Source: Octopus sinensis
Taxonomy: Eukaryota
Assembly (NCBI RefSeq): GCF_006345805.1
Contig: NC_043008.1
Location: 26,474,001-26,538,000, forward strand
DNA: 64,000 nucleotides
Reading direction: 5' to 3'
In this document: piece by piece, positions 13,694-24,890 of the stretch
Layout: every line of letters begins with the position of its first letter
Position numbering within the stretch: position 1 is the first letter of the stretch
Made by a program: the position numbers and the translations under genes
Notes under the pieces: generated by a model
What the model was told of the DNA's origin: nothing
Seen by the model: the letters and a program-made list of their open reading frames with translations, nothing else
Database searches by the model: none

Positions 13694-14078
13694 AGGCACA
13701 ATGGCCCAGTGGTTAGAGCAGCAGACTTGCGGTCATAGGATCGCGGTTTCGATTCCCAGACCGGGCGTTGTGAGTGTTTATTGAGCGAAAACACCTAAAA
13801 AAGCTCCACGAGGCTCCGGCAGGGGATGGTGGTGATCCCTGCTGTACTCTTTCACCACAACTTTCTCTCACTCTTACTTCCTCTTTCTGTTGTACCTGTA
13901 TTTCAAGGGGCCGGCCTTGTCACTCTCTGTGTCACGCTGAATATCCCCGAGAACTACATTAAGGGTGCACGTGTCTGTGGAGTGCTCAGCCACTTACACG
14001 TTAATTTCACGAGCAGGCTGTTCCATTGATTTGGATCAACCGGAACCCTCATCATCGTAACCGACGGAGTGCTTCCAC
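13691..14078 (+). mobile_element. tRNA-derived SINE, second family, young copy
   Basis: Head ggcccagtggttagagcagcagacttgcggtcataggatcgcggtttcgattccc has A- and B-box-like motifs, followed by about 320 bp of GC-richer body. Confidence 0.75.
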
Positions 14079-14486
14079 ATATACATATATATATATATAT
14101 GTATGTGTATATATACAGAGAGAGAAAGAGAGAGAGAGAGAGTGATGCATGTATGTAATGATTAAATATCTAAAGAAAATAGAACAGATTAATTTAATTA
14201 CCTTTGTTCAGTATGTAAGCTTCTTAAAACGGGATATTACTCATTGCATTGGGAAAGATTAACATCCTATCATATTTCCAGAGTCGAAATGACTGAAGTA
14301 GTATAACATTACTTGAATTGAGATAATGCAATATAAGCAACTCTATAGTGTAAGTATTATCAATGCAACATATTTATTGAACACATGTTTTAATACCAGA
14401 AAATGGAGATGTTTATCCAGAAAAGACCCCTTTAAAGACGTACAGTATAGTGTTAAAGATGTATTGTGTTAAAAACATAGTATATA

Positions 14487-15470
14487 TATCAGGGCTAGAC
14501 AAAATGAAATTACCCGAGACATATGGTATCTGATGCTCTTGTGATCACTTCTGAAGTGATTTCATTTCATCTGTCTCTGAAGTAATTAATGCAATGCTAC
14601 CCAAAAGAAACCAGAATTCTGCAATATCATTTTATGCAATTTTACATGTTTACACTTTTATCACCTTCAAAGTATTCTTCATTTGAACCAATGCATTGGT
14701 CCATATATGTTTTCCACTGTTCAAAGCAGTGCTAGAATCCTTGCAAAGGGATACCTTTTAATGCCTTCATTGATTTTTTCTTCATCTCTTCCACATCTTC
14801 AAATTCCATAGCAGCAACTTTCATCACCAGTGATGACCTTCAAAAAAAGGCCTGGATCAACTTCCAACTTTTCTTTCAGTTCATGACATGCATCCAATCC
14901 TGACTACTTTTGATTTTCCATGGGTGAGGCAGAAATTTTACTGCAACTCTTTTCATTTGCAATTCTGCACTCAAAATTTGTTGGCAGAATCTCCAAAACA
15001 CACTAGTCATACTAACAAGTTTGTCAATTGTTTGGCGACGGTCCTCCAAGATGAATTTTCCTAATGTTTTCATTTGTTTGGGAGGTTGACAGTCACTCTG
15101 AATGGGGTTGGTTTTCAAGCGACAAGTAACCATTCCTAAAGCATGAAGATCACTTGTAAACTTGTGTTTTACTCATGGCAGCGTCCTTGGAGGCTGTTTG
15201 AAGCATGACAACTGTTTCAGCTCCTGTTTTTCCCCAGCCAAAAAGAAGAATTTCATGGAAGCACTCTATTTCTTTGTTTCAGTCATTGCAAAAATCAATG
15301 AACAGAGGAGAAGCATTGCAAAACAAGATGCGCCACGTGACCTCACCAGATGCTGCTGGTCATCAGACTGATACCTAAGGGTTAAATCTAGTAGCTTCTA
15401 GTGGGGAAAGCCTTAACTGCAAAAGACTTGTCCCATAGAGAACGTTTCCAGTTACTTTTGGGTACCCTGT
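14487..15470 (-). mobile_element. mariner transposon, internally deleted
   Basis: HTH region EDRRQTIDKLV...ILSAELQMKRVAVKFLP joined almost directly to the C-terminus FEDVEEMKKKSMKALKGI..CFEQWK..CIGSNEEYFEGD. The catalytic core is missing. Confidence 0.75.
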
Positions 15471-15819
15471 CATTCATTCGATTCTCAGCATTATTGAAAC
15501 ATATATAAAGCATGATGCACTTAAATGAATTTCTTTTGTTTTTCTTTGTTATTCAATAATTGCATTTTACTCTATGGTGATTCTGGTCTATACACATGCA
15601 TCATATGAATGTGAATACATTATTGTGAGTGTATGTACTGGAATATAATGTTAGTATATTGCATTCTAAACAAATCATTTATGTAGCACCTTGTAAAGAT
15701 GTATCAATAACAAATCTCATGTATACATACATACATGATGGCTGTCCACTCATGACTGAGGAACTCCATTGCTGACCTTTAAGAAAAATGTGTGCTCTAG
15801 GACTAACTTATATTTTGCA

Positions 15820-17010
15820 TTGTTGGCTAATGCACCCTGCTCTTGACAAGCATACATAACTACAAACATTGCAAAGCAAGCTTTCACCATTCACTAAGCT
15901 AGCAATGTGCTTTTGAGCAGCGAATTTAAATTCTTCATGCTGACTATGTGCTCTTTCAAAGCTGACGACCCCCTCCTTAACCTGCTTCCTCCATCTATGG
16001 CGATGACAGGCATTGCTCTCCCAGTCAGTCTCCTGTGTATCACAGGCCTTTAATGAGGACTTGACACAGTTCTTAAATCACAGCCGTGGTTTTCGCTGGG
16101 GTCTCTTTTCACTAACAAGTTCCTCATAAAGCATCTATTTCGGGATCTTGCTAGCCTTCATTCTAATAAGGTGTCCAGCCCAATGTAACTGGTGCTTGTG
16201 CACCATTGCCTCCTTACTCAAAATATCAGCTTTCCTCAGGACTTGTTGTATGTCTGGAGATGTTAAGGTCCAGCCAACATTCATAATGTGTCTCAGATAT
16301 CTCTGATGAAAGTGTTGAAAAACTTTTACATGACGTTTGTAAAGGGTCCATGTCTAACATGAGTAAAGGAGAGATGTCAGTACACATGCACTGTACACAG
16401 CAACTTTTGTTTGCCTTGTGATGCCATGCTGGGACCAGATATGAAACTGAAGAGACCAGAAAGAATCAGTTGCTCTCTGCAGCCTGAAAGATATTTCATC
16501 ATTCAGGGAACAAGAATGGCTGAGTGTGCTGCCCAGGTAAACAAACTCGTTTATGACTTTCAGTATTATTCCTCCAACCAAAATTGCTGGTTCCACATAT
16601 GGATATCCTGGTGCAGCCTGAAACATTACAACAGTCTTGTTCAGACTTATGCCAAGTCCAAATGCCTTGCAAGAAGCAGAAATACAATTCATAAGTATTT
16701 GCATGTCATCCACTGTATGGGTGACTAAGTCACAGTTATCTGCATAAAGGAGGTCATGAATAAGAGACTGGAAAATTTGTGAACTGGCAGCAAACTGGAA
16801 CAGATTAAAAAGGCGGCCAGAAGATCAACACCTGACATATATTCCCAAAGAGCTAACATTAGCAAAAGTATGAGTAAAAGCAACAGCAAAGTACAAAGAA
16901 AAGAGAGTTGGCGCAAGGATGTTACCCTGCTTGACAGCATTCTCTACAGGAATGGGTCCTGTCATGCCACCACCAACATTGACCCAAGCCTCAATCCCAT
17001 CATGAAATGA
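15820..17010 (-). mobile_element. RTE (BovB-like) LINE RT fragment
   Basis: VKQGNILAPTLFSLYF; FGLGISLNKTVVM; EFVYLGSTLS; TKVAVYSACVLTSLLYSC; terminal CNVCSYVCLSRAG. Confidence 0.85.
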
Positions 17011-18634
17011 TTTAATTATGGATACACACATGCACACACAGACAGTTTCTGTTTTATATATATAGATACACACACATATATGCATACATACATACATACA
17101 TCCCGAAGATGGAGCCTTGTATCTATGTTGGAAACCAGCTCTCTCCTCAGTAGAAGATTTATAATAATTAAAAATAGAAGACACATACATATATGCGTGT
17201 GTATGTGTGTGTACATATATATATATATATATATACATATGTAGGTTATTTCATGTTATATGTTATTTCTGTACTGAATGTACTTGTGTGATTTTGTTTT
17301 AATATTGTTAGAAGTTTATATTTCATATGTAATCTGGTATTCTTGGTTAGTTCACAACTATACTGAACTTGAACATTCATTAATATACTGAAAATATGTT
17401 TTCTTCAAACTCAGAATTATTCAACAAAAGGAAGTCACAGGACCATTATGCATCCCGAATGTGAATAGAATGATAATAGAAGAAGCAAGCAATAAAACTG
17501 ATATTCTTATTCATAACTGTTTCATATTTGCTCATATATTCTACATATAAATTTTGTGTATCCACCAAATGATTCAAAGTCTCACTCAGAAGAAGATGAT
17601 AAGAAGCAGAATATTGATCTGTGTTATATTAATGACTAGCATCTATAATGTCAATTTTAACCTCTCAGTCAATGAAAGCTAAACAAAATTCTACAATACA
17701 GACCATCAACAAAATTAATATGGACTTATACGTGGTAAAGTGACTGGCAATAGTGACCAAGTGATTTGCTAAGTTGTGATTTCAGCTGAAGTACTACCAT
17801 AATAATATAACATCAAATTCCCTTTCACTCCCTTCTTTTTTCTTTCTCTCTTGTCTTCTTTTATTTTCTCTTGCTCTTTTCTCCCTTTCTATTTCTCTGT
17901 ATCATTACTTCTTAGGTTCTCTATAGTTTTTCGTTATTTCTGCAATGAAGAATTTCCTAATGTAATGAAAAACTATTTCCTCAAAGAATTATCATTTTCT
18001 TTTAATGAAATTATCTGGCATTATGCCAACCTATTTAGGATTTCCTGCTGTAGTGTAGTGTACTGAATTCTATATATTCAAAAGACTAATCTTAATTTGA
18101 ATTCCTCCCCTGGAAAGTAGATGTTTCTTCCACACCAGTCAATTTAAATAATGACTATAGCCAATTTATTACACTATTTCCTAGTGTTCAAAACACTAAT
18201 AAGGAACATTATATGTGTATGCATATATCTTGATGTGCATAGTTGCTACTTACGCATATATATAAATATATGTAGGATTATTTCTGTGTTTTTGTATATG
18301 TGTGTGAATCTATGTTTTGTGTGCATGAGCAATTTTATGAGTGTGCCTGTATGTTCAAAATTGATTTTTATCATCTTTGTATATCATAGCCATATATATT
18401 TTGGATGTGAACATATATTTATAAATGAATGCATATATGTTTAAATATGAGTTAGTATGTTTGTGTGTGTGTATATATATATACATATATATGTTGAGAG
18501 AGAGAGAGAGAGGTCACAAAAGTGACAGAAGGTACTAACTAGCACCACTTTTGCTAAAAATAAGAGTTAAAACTCAAAAGCCACAAAGTACTGTCTTAAT
18601 GACTGACAGAAGGAGGTAATTCCCCAGCGCATAT

Positions 18635-18690
18635 GATCAGATCACGACTTTGGATTTTGATGTAGACCATCTTAATCCTCATCAGTATCT
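18635..18690 (-). ncRNA. Minimal type I hammerhead relic, copy 1
   Basis: AGATA CTGATGA GGATT-AA-GATG-GTCTA-CATC-AA-AATCC AAAG TCGTGA TC TGATC. The GAAA box is mutated. Confidence 0.55.
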
Positions 18691-18931
18691 CTTGATGCAT
18701 AGGGTTAAACTCAACTACCTCTGTCAGTCTTATAAGAAAAACCGTTGAAAGCATTTGTTGATTTTCAAAGCAGTTAAAGTGTAAACAATATTTTTAAAAG
18801 AGTTGTTTATTAGCAATTAGAACCAAAAGGCAAAATTAACAGAAGTCACAAAAGTGACAAAGGTACTGAATAGTACTGCTTTTACTAAAAATAAGAGTTA
18901 AATAAACTTGAGTCTAACCCTAGGCATTAGG

Positions 18932-18986
18932 AGTCGCTGATGTGGATTAAGATGGTCGACATCAAAATCTGAAATTGCGATCGACT
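18932..18986 (+). ncRNA. Minimal type I hammerhead relic, copy 2
   Basis: AGTCG CTGATGT GGATT-AA-GATG-GTCGA-CATC-AA-AATCT GAAA TTGCGA TC GACT. A9 is mutated and GAAA is intact. Confidence 0.6.
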
Positions 18987-19484
18987 ATATATGCCGGGTA
19001 CTTTCCTCCCTTTGATAGTCATTAAGACAGTGCTTTTGTGGCATTTGAGTTGTTTTAACTTTTATTTTTAGCAAACACAGTGCTCGTCACTTCCCTCTGT
19101 CACTTTTGTGACTGCTTTTTAACTTTGCCTTTAGGTTGTAATTGCTAATAAGCCACCCTTTTTAATTTACACATACACTCATATAAACACACTCACACAC
19201 GACATATATACACATACACACACACACACACTCCATCCTTTTAAATTCCAAACTGAGCCTTTTATTTAAACCCATAGTGAGGATATTGTTTTCCTTTCAT
19301 TGCCTACACCATATATATTATTGTGCTTCTGATACCACTTGCACATTCAGTTTGAAGAATTATGTTCGGATTGAGTAACCAAGGAAATGAACTCACATCC
19401 ACTAAATAAACAACAACACTCAACATTTGACAATTAATCAATGCTGCATTTACTATTCCATTGTCTTATTTGTTGGACAATTCA

Positions 19485-19920
19485 GTAATGGAAATTAGGA
19501 GCTTTAAACCTATCATCTTTTTTTATTGTTGTAGGTTTAATGTACCTTCTTTCTTAATGATTCCAAATGGAATTCATCTTTACACTAGGTCTTCAGAGGA
19601 GGTTATCAAAGCCTTTCATATGTGTTGATTCTTTCAATTGACTAAACCAGGTTGAGACAGAAAAATCAGCATGGCTGATCATTTGTGAAGGGAAAAGGGA
19701 ATTCAATAATCTTTGTGGAACAAAGTTAGGATAATGGATTTGGAACAACACTGGAAGATAAGATGACTGAAAGAATGATCACATATGTTGGGCTTTGATA
19801 ACCTCATCAGTGAGCTTGCAATAGAGATGAACGCCATATGGATGATTTTAATTAAGGAACGAAGAACATTAAGTCGCCGACCACAAAAGTGTTGCGTTTA
19901 TAGCTCTTAATTTCCATTAC
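19485..19920. mobile_element. Diverged fold-back element
   Basis: Terminal gtaatggaaattaggagctttaaac pairs with gtttatagctcttaatttccattac. Inner gaggttatcaaagcc pairs with ggctttgataacctc. Confidence 0.65.
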
Positions 19921-20104
19921 ACAATTTTCCTATGGGATAACAGAATAATGAATAGAAGTGTTTATTAAGTGGGCATGAGTTAAGTCCCTTGATCAGTCAA
20001 TCTTCCTCCTTTTCTCTCTTTCTCTGCATGTACACACAAGCACACACACACCCAAAGACGCACGCATGTGCGCGTGCACACACATGTATGTATATTTATT
20101 GTTT

Positions 20105-20337
20105 TACTGGTTTCAGTCATTTGACTGTGGCCATATCGGAGCACTGCCTTAAAGGGTTTTAGCCAAAGAAATTGACCTTAGGCCTTATTCTTTGTAAACC
20201 GAGTACTTATTTTATCAGTCTCTTTTGATGAATCGCTCAGTTACAGGGATGTAAACACCCCAACATCTGTTGTCAAGCGACGGTGGGGGGAAAAACACAG
20301 ACACAAACGCACATACATATATAGAAATATATATATG

Positions 20338-20397
<60 letters not shown>

Positions 20398-21078
20398 GGT
20401 AAGTGAAAGACGGAAGATGGAAGACACAAGACTTTTTATTTATCATGACAATTGTTTGGATACATCTAGCATTGACCCATCATGGGTGGGATGCTTAACA
20501 GCTGGTTCAGGAGCTTCTGACAGTGCAGATGTGTCTCTTCAGGTGATAAGTAAATGTACCTGGTTAAAATAACAGTTTTGCAATGTATCTTCTAATTCGT
20601 GTAAAGAAAAGCAGTAAATTAAAGAATATAGCTTCATTAATATAGAAAATCAATAATTAAATAACAGATGCCAAAAAGAAACGAACTTGCAATACAGCAA
20701 GGAAAGACTTGTGATTTTGTTTCTTTTTTTGCATCTGTTATTTTATTTTTGATTTTCTATATAAATGAAGATATATCTTAATTTTGTTGCTTTTCTTTAC
20801 ATGAAATGAGAAGATACATTGTAGAACTTATTTTAACCAGTTATAAAATTCTTATCACCCAAAGAGACACATCTGCACTGTCGGATGCTCCTGAACCAGC
20901 TGTTCAGTATTCCACCCATGAGGGGCCGATGCTAGACGTCTCCAAACTATTGTTGTGATTAATAAAAATTCTCGTATCTTCCATCTTCCGTCTTTCATTT
21001 ACCATATACATAATGACAACTGCAAAAGCTTCCAGGTATAAACCATTTGTTTTATTATCTAATAATTACATACACATG

Positions 21079-21109
<31 letters not shown>

Positions 21110-21265
21110 GTGTGATGGTTTCTTTCAGTTTCTGTCTACCAAATTCACTTACAAGGCTTTGGTTGGTCCACGGCTATAGTTGAAGACACTTGTCCAAGGT
21201 GCCACGTGGCAGCATTAAAAGAAGAGCAATGTGGTTGGGAAGCAAGCTTCTTACCATGCAATTAG
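20105..21265 (-). mobile_element. Octopus-type SINE split in two (20105-20310 and 21115-21265) by an insertion in its internal microsatellite
   Basis: The 3' half and 5' half match consecutive parts of the 11980-12375 copy. Confidence 0.75.
20397..21004. mobile_element. Fold-back/MITE-like element with ~290-bp arms, TA-flanked
   Basis: TA|tggtaagtgaaagacggaagatggaaga ... tcttccatcttccgtctttcatttacca|TA. The arms pair almost to the centre (ataacagatgccaaaaagaaac / gtttctttttttgcatctgttat). Confidence 0.85.
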
Positions 21266-21499
21266 GCATGTATATGTATATGTAGTTATATATATATGTA
21301 TATATATATATCTGGAGAGAGAGAGAGATAAGTAAAATCAATCACCACATCAAAGTGGCGGTTCCATGTTACTTCTATTTTAACCCCTGGCAGATCTTCC
21401 ACCAGCTAGTTATCAGTGTAATGCTGCACCCGTTATATACAATATATATTGCTAACAGGGGGAGTGAACTACCACCCAACCTCTAGCAGACAACAGGAT

Positions 21500-21546
21500 C
21501 ATGAGACTGACTCAGTTTCAAGCTGTTTGGTCCATCATCAGTTGCA
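21500..21546 (-). ncRNA. Minimal type I hammerhead, core intact, stems decayed
   Basis: TGCAA CTGATGA T GGAC CAAACA GCTT GAAA CTGAGTCA GTC TCATG. Confidence 0.65.
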
Positions 21547-21578
21547 TGCACCTCGTCACCAGAGACATAGCCAGGGTC

Positions 21579-21624
21579 TGTGACTGAGGATGAGCCAATC
21601 AGCTCAAAATAAGTCAGTCTTGCA
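21579..21624 (+). ncRNA. Minimal type I hammerhead relic, stem II intact
   Basis: TGTGA CTGAGGA T GAGC CAATCA GCTC AAAA TAAGTCA GTC TTGCA. CGAAA has become CAAAA, consistent with CpG decay. Confidence 0.6.
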
Positions 21625-21829
21625 ATCCTGTTGTCTGCTACAAGATGGTAGGAGTTCGCTCCCCCTGTTAGCAGTATATTTTGTATATAAAGGGTCCAGT
21701 ATCACACTGATACTCAGCTGGCAGAAGATCTGCCTGGGGTTAAACTAGCAGTAACATGGAACAATCACTTTGATGTGGCAAATACATATATATACATGAA
21801 CCATATGAAGTCACATGAAAACTGAAATG

Positions 21830-22080
21830 ACCAGATAGGTAATGATCCGGGACACCAACCACCTCTTACAACTTGTGTCGTAAGACAATATCAGGACTTA
21901 AAAGACATATGTTCACAAAAACATTCCTTCAGAATCAGATTCCAAGAGTAAAGATATAGAAGAAACATGAATAATATCTGTCATTTGTGTTTTAAACCTT
22001 ACCAGTGAGCAGCTGGACTTAAAAGTCATCTAAGGGCTCATCAATAGGGTGACTGTGCTGCATGATGGTGTGTGTGTTGA
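21830..22080 (+). mobile_element. RTE LINE 3' end with C2H2-like motif
   Basis: ICHLCFKPYQ*AAGLKSHLRAHQ* followed by a short 3' UTR. Confidence 0.55.
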
Positions 22081-22211
22081 TGGGATGGCTATCATCTCTC
22101 AAGATGAAGTAATCATCATATGTGTGTGTGTGTGTTTGTATGTGAATATCAGCACATATATACATAGATAAGCAAAATAGCTTGTAAAATCTGAAGAAGA
22201 AATCAGAGTAG

Positions 22212-23054
22212 TCACGAAGAGGTTTGATCAATTAGTATACAAACTGTTGCTATAGTAACGAAGCTAAAGCATGCAGAGTGAAGCCACTTGACACAGATTA
22301 ACCTTGAACTCTGCTATGCATGCACACTAAGTTTTAACATTCAAGCTCATTTCCACTGTTTACAGCAGTGCTTGGAAGGAAGGTGTGTAGCATGCAACTG
22401 TTACATTGACCATGACAGGAGAAAGCTGTCATGATGATACCTGCTCAGAGGCCTGCACAAAGTTGCAGAAAGCATATGGAGAGGAGTGTATGGGCTGCAC
22501 ATGAGTGTATAAATGTACAAGTGGTTCAGACATTTCCAAGACAGCAGCAAAATGTCGATATTGATGAACACTCTGCAACCAGCAGAACTGAAAAAAACAT
22601 CATAGATGTGCGTGCAGTTGTCAGGGGAAATCATCAAATGAGTTATCAAATGAAGTGCAGATTAGTTACAGTTCAGTTCAGTCCATTCTCACTGAAGATT
22701 TGGGTATGAAATGGGTGTCTGCCAAGTTTGTGCTAAAACTGCTTTCAGCTGACCAAAAAGACACTCAGATTTCAGCTGCACAATATCTCCTTGATTGTGT
22801 TGAGAATGAGAAAAACTTGTTGAAAACTTTGTGTAGGTCCCTGAGCAAATATCATCAAGCTTTTGTCAAAATTTGATGTAGATTCTCTGCTCAAATTCTC
22901 TGTCATGGTCAATGTGATGATTACACACTACACACCTTCCTACCAAGCACTGCTGTAAACAGCAGTGTTCAAGGTCAATCTGAACAAAACAGCTTCACTC
23001 TTGTGCTTCAGCTTCATTACTAACAGTCCGGATATTTATTGATCAGACCACATA
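22212..23054 (+). mobile_element. mariner deletion derivative with long (~150-200 bp) inverted arms
   Basis: The centre encodes the HTH N-terminus (MYKWFRHF; QISYSSVQSILTEDLGMKWVSAKFVLKLL). cactgtttacagcagtgcttggaaggaaggtgtgtag and cattgaccatgacag are mirrored at 22899-22970. Confidence 0.8.
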
Positions 23055-24154
23055 TACTAACAAGTAAAGTCATACTTATAGTAATGTTTCTTTGTTTATT
23101 GTTATAGGCAGTAACCAGAAGTGCTCAGATAAAAGACCTGAGACACAAAGGTATAAAAAATGTTAAGGAGAACTTCAGATAGGTTCAACAATTTAAATAT
23201 ATATTCTGCCATAGATCAATGTATATCAGTCTTTAAAATATTAAAACATAAAAAATTCATAAATACACAAATATATAAAAATCTAATATGCATTTATAAA
23301 TAGATAAGTGAAATTAGGTTAGAACAGCAATGTAGAAATTATTAAGAATAAAAATAAGCCCTTATAAAAACGTGAATAGAGTGAATAGAAAACATCAGAG
23401 TGTTGAGGCTGAACTTTTCAAAAAACATGTAAATAATCCAAGAGAATAGGTAATCTTTGAACTTCTCTGCATTAAGATCTTCTCTACCCTGATGAAGCTG
23501 GCTTGTCTTAGCGAATGTTATTTGCATTTGTATGGCCACATATTGTGACTAACTACATCTAACAACGTTATTATGGATCTCCAAGCCCACAGAAACAGCT
23601 GTTGGAATTATAACACCATTCTTCCACCCCTTTAATTTTTTTTGTCTTTTATATACTTTGAGTAAGTTGGACCTATTAATATGAATATACATTTATACTT
23701 AAAAATTCAACATCTGAATGTCTCTACATTTTGCTTTTTCTCATTTTACTTGCATACATAAATACATACTTTGTATTTCATACCCAAACTATTATATTTA
23801 ATATGTTTAATATATTTATTATATTTAATGTATCTAATTTGTTTATCTGCATAATTGCTTCTATACCTGCTCAACGTGATCCCTCTTGTAGCCTTTCTTT
23901 ACCTTGTGGAACTGATCCCCTGTAAAGACATCAGAATCTAAGACTGAATCATTTGAGCACTACTAAGTGTCTTCTATATGGAAAATCTCTGGATCTCATC
24001 TTTGGATTATATATATATATATGTGTGTGTGTGTATATATATATACATATAAATACACACACACACATATATACACATAAATACACATATATACACATAC
24101 ATAGACACACACATATATAATACACAAATATATATGTATAAGTGTATATATGAA

Positions 24155-24890
24155 TAAAAAGCACCATTTGAGCGTGATCGTTATCAGCGTTGCCTTACTG
24201 GCACTTGTGCTGGTGGCACATGAAAAAAACATTCGAGCAAGGTCATTGCCAGTGCTGCTGGACTGGATCCTGTGCAGATGGAATGTAAAAAAACACCATT
24301 TGAGCGTGGCTGTTGCCAATACCACCTGACTGGCCCTCATGAAAAGCACCCACTACACACTCAGAGTTGTTGGTGTTAGGAAGGGCATCCAGCTGTAGAA
24401 ACTCTGCCAGATCAGATATCATCATCATAATTATCATTTAGCATACATTGTCCATGCTGACATGGGCTGGATGGTTTGACCAGGCTGGTATGCTGGAAGG
24501 CTGTACCAGACTCCAGTCTGATTTAGCAAGATTTTCTATGGCTGGATACCCTTCCTAACACCAACCACTTTAGAGTGTAATGGGTGCTTTGCATGTCACC
24601 AGCACAGGTGCCAATTAGCATGATGCCAGTATCTGCCATGACTGTGATTTTGTTTAGCTTCATGGGTCTTGTTCTCAAGCATGACATAACGCCAATGGTC
24701 TTGGTTATTGCCTCCATGAAGCCCAAAACTTGAAAGGAACTCAGCTACTTTGCCTCCATAAAGCCCAAAGCTTGAAAGGAACTCACCCACTTTGCCTCTG
24801 TGAAGCCTAACGCCTGAAAGAAACTCAGCCACTTTGGCTCTGTGAGGCCCAATGCTCAAATGGTGTTCTTTACATGCCACCACCACTGGT
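24155..24890. repeat. Two tail-to-tail RTE-tail-derived repeats with ~55-60-bp internal subrepeats
   Basis: aaaaagcaccatttgagcgt units on + (24155-24420). A mirror module starts with catcatcat on - (24420-24890) and has ~45-bp tandem units (gaaaggaactcagc..ctttgcctc). Confidence 0.6.

Larger units (their letters stand above)
18513..19151. mobile_element. Hammerhead-containing repeat: tandem partial copies (-) plus an inverted copy (+); retrozyme or PLE pLTR-like
   Basis: gtcacaaaagtgac occurs at 18513 and 18845 (332-nt period). 18908-19151 is a diverged reverse complement of 18513-18714 and 18807-18902. Confidence 0.7.
21345..21778. mobile_element. Fold-back element with ~200-bp arms, one hammerhead per arm
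   Basis: ccacatcaaagtg / cactttgatgtgg; ttgctaacaggggga / tccccctgttagca; tagcagacaacaggat / atcctgttgtctgcta; ~32-bp central spacer. Confidence 0.85.

Noticed and set aside
13691-13765. tRNA gene candidate
   Set aside because: The acceptor stem does not close and it continues into a SINE body, so it is a SINE head.
17105-17155. Minus-strand CTGAGGA-GAGA/TTTC with TCTA/TAGA stem I
   Set aside because: The GAAA and stem III segment is reduced to CAACA, which is too degraded to call.
23489-23520. CTGATGA-AGCTGG..TTAGC-GAAT hammerhead-like motif
   Set aside because: GAAA is broken and no stem I complement is present.
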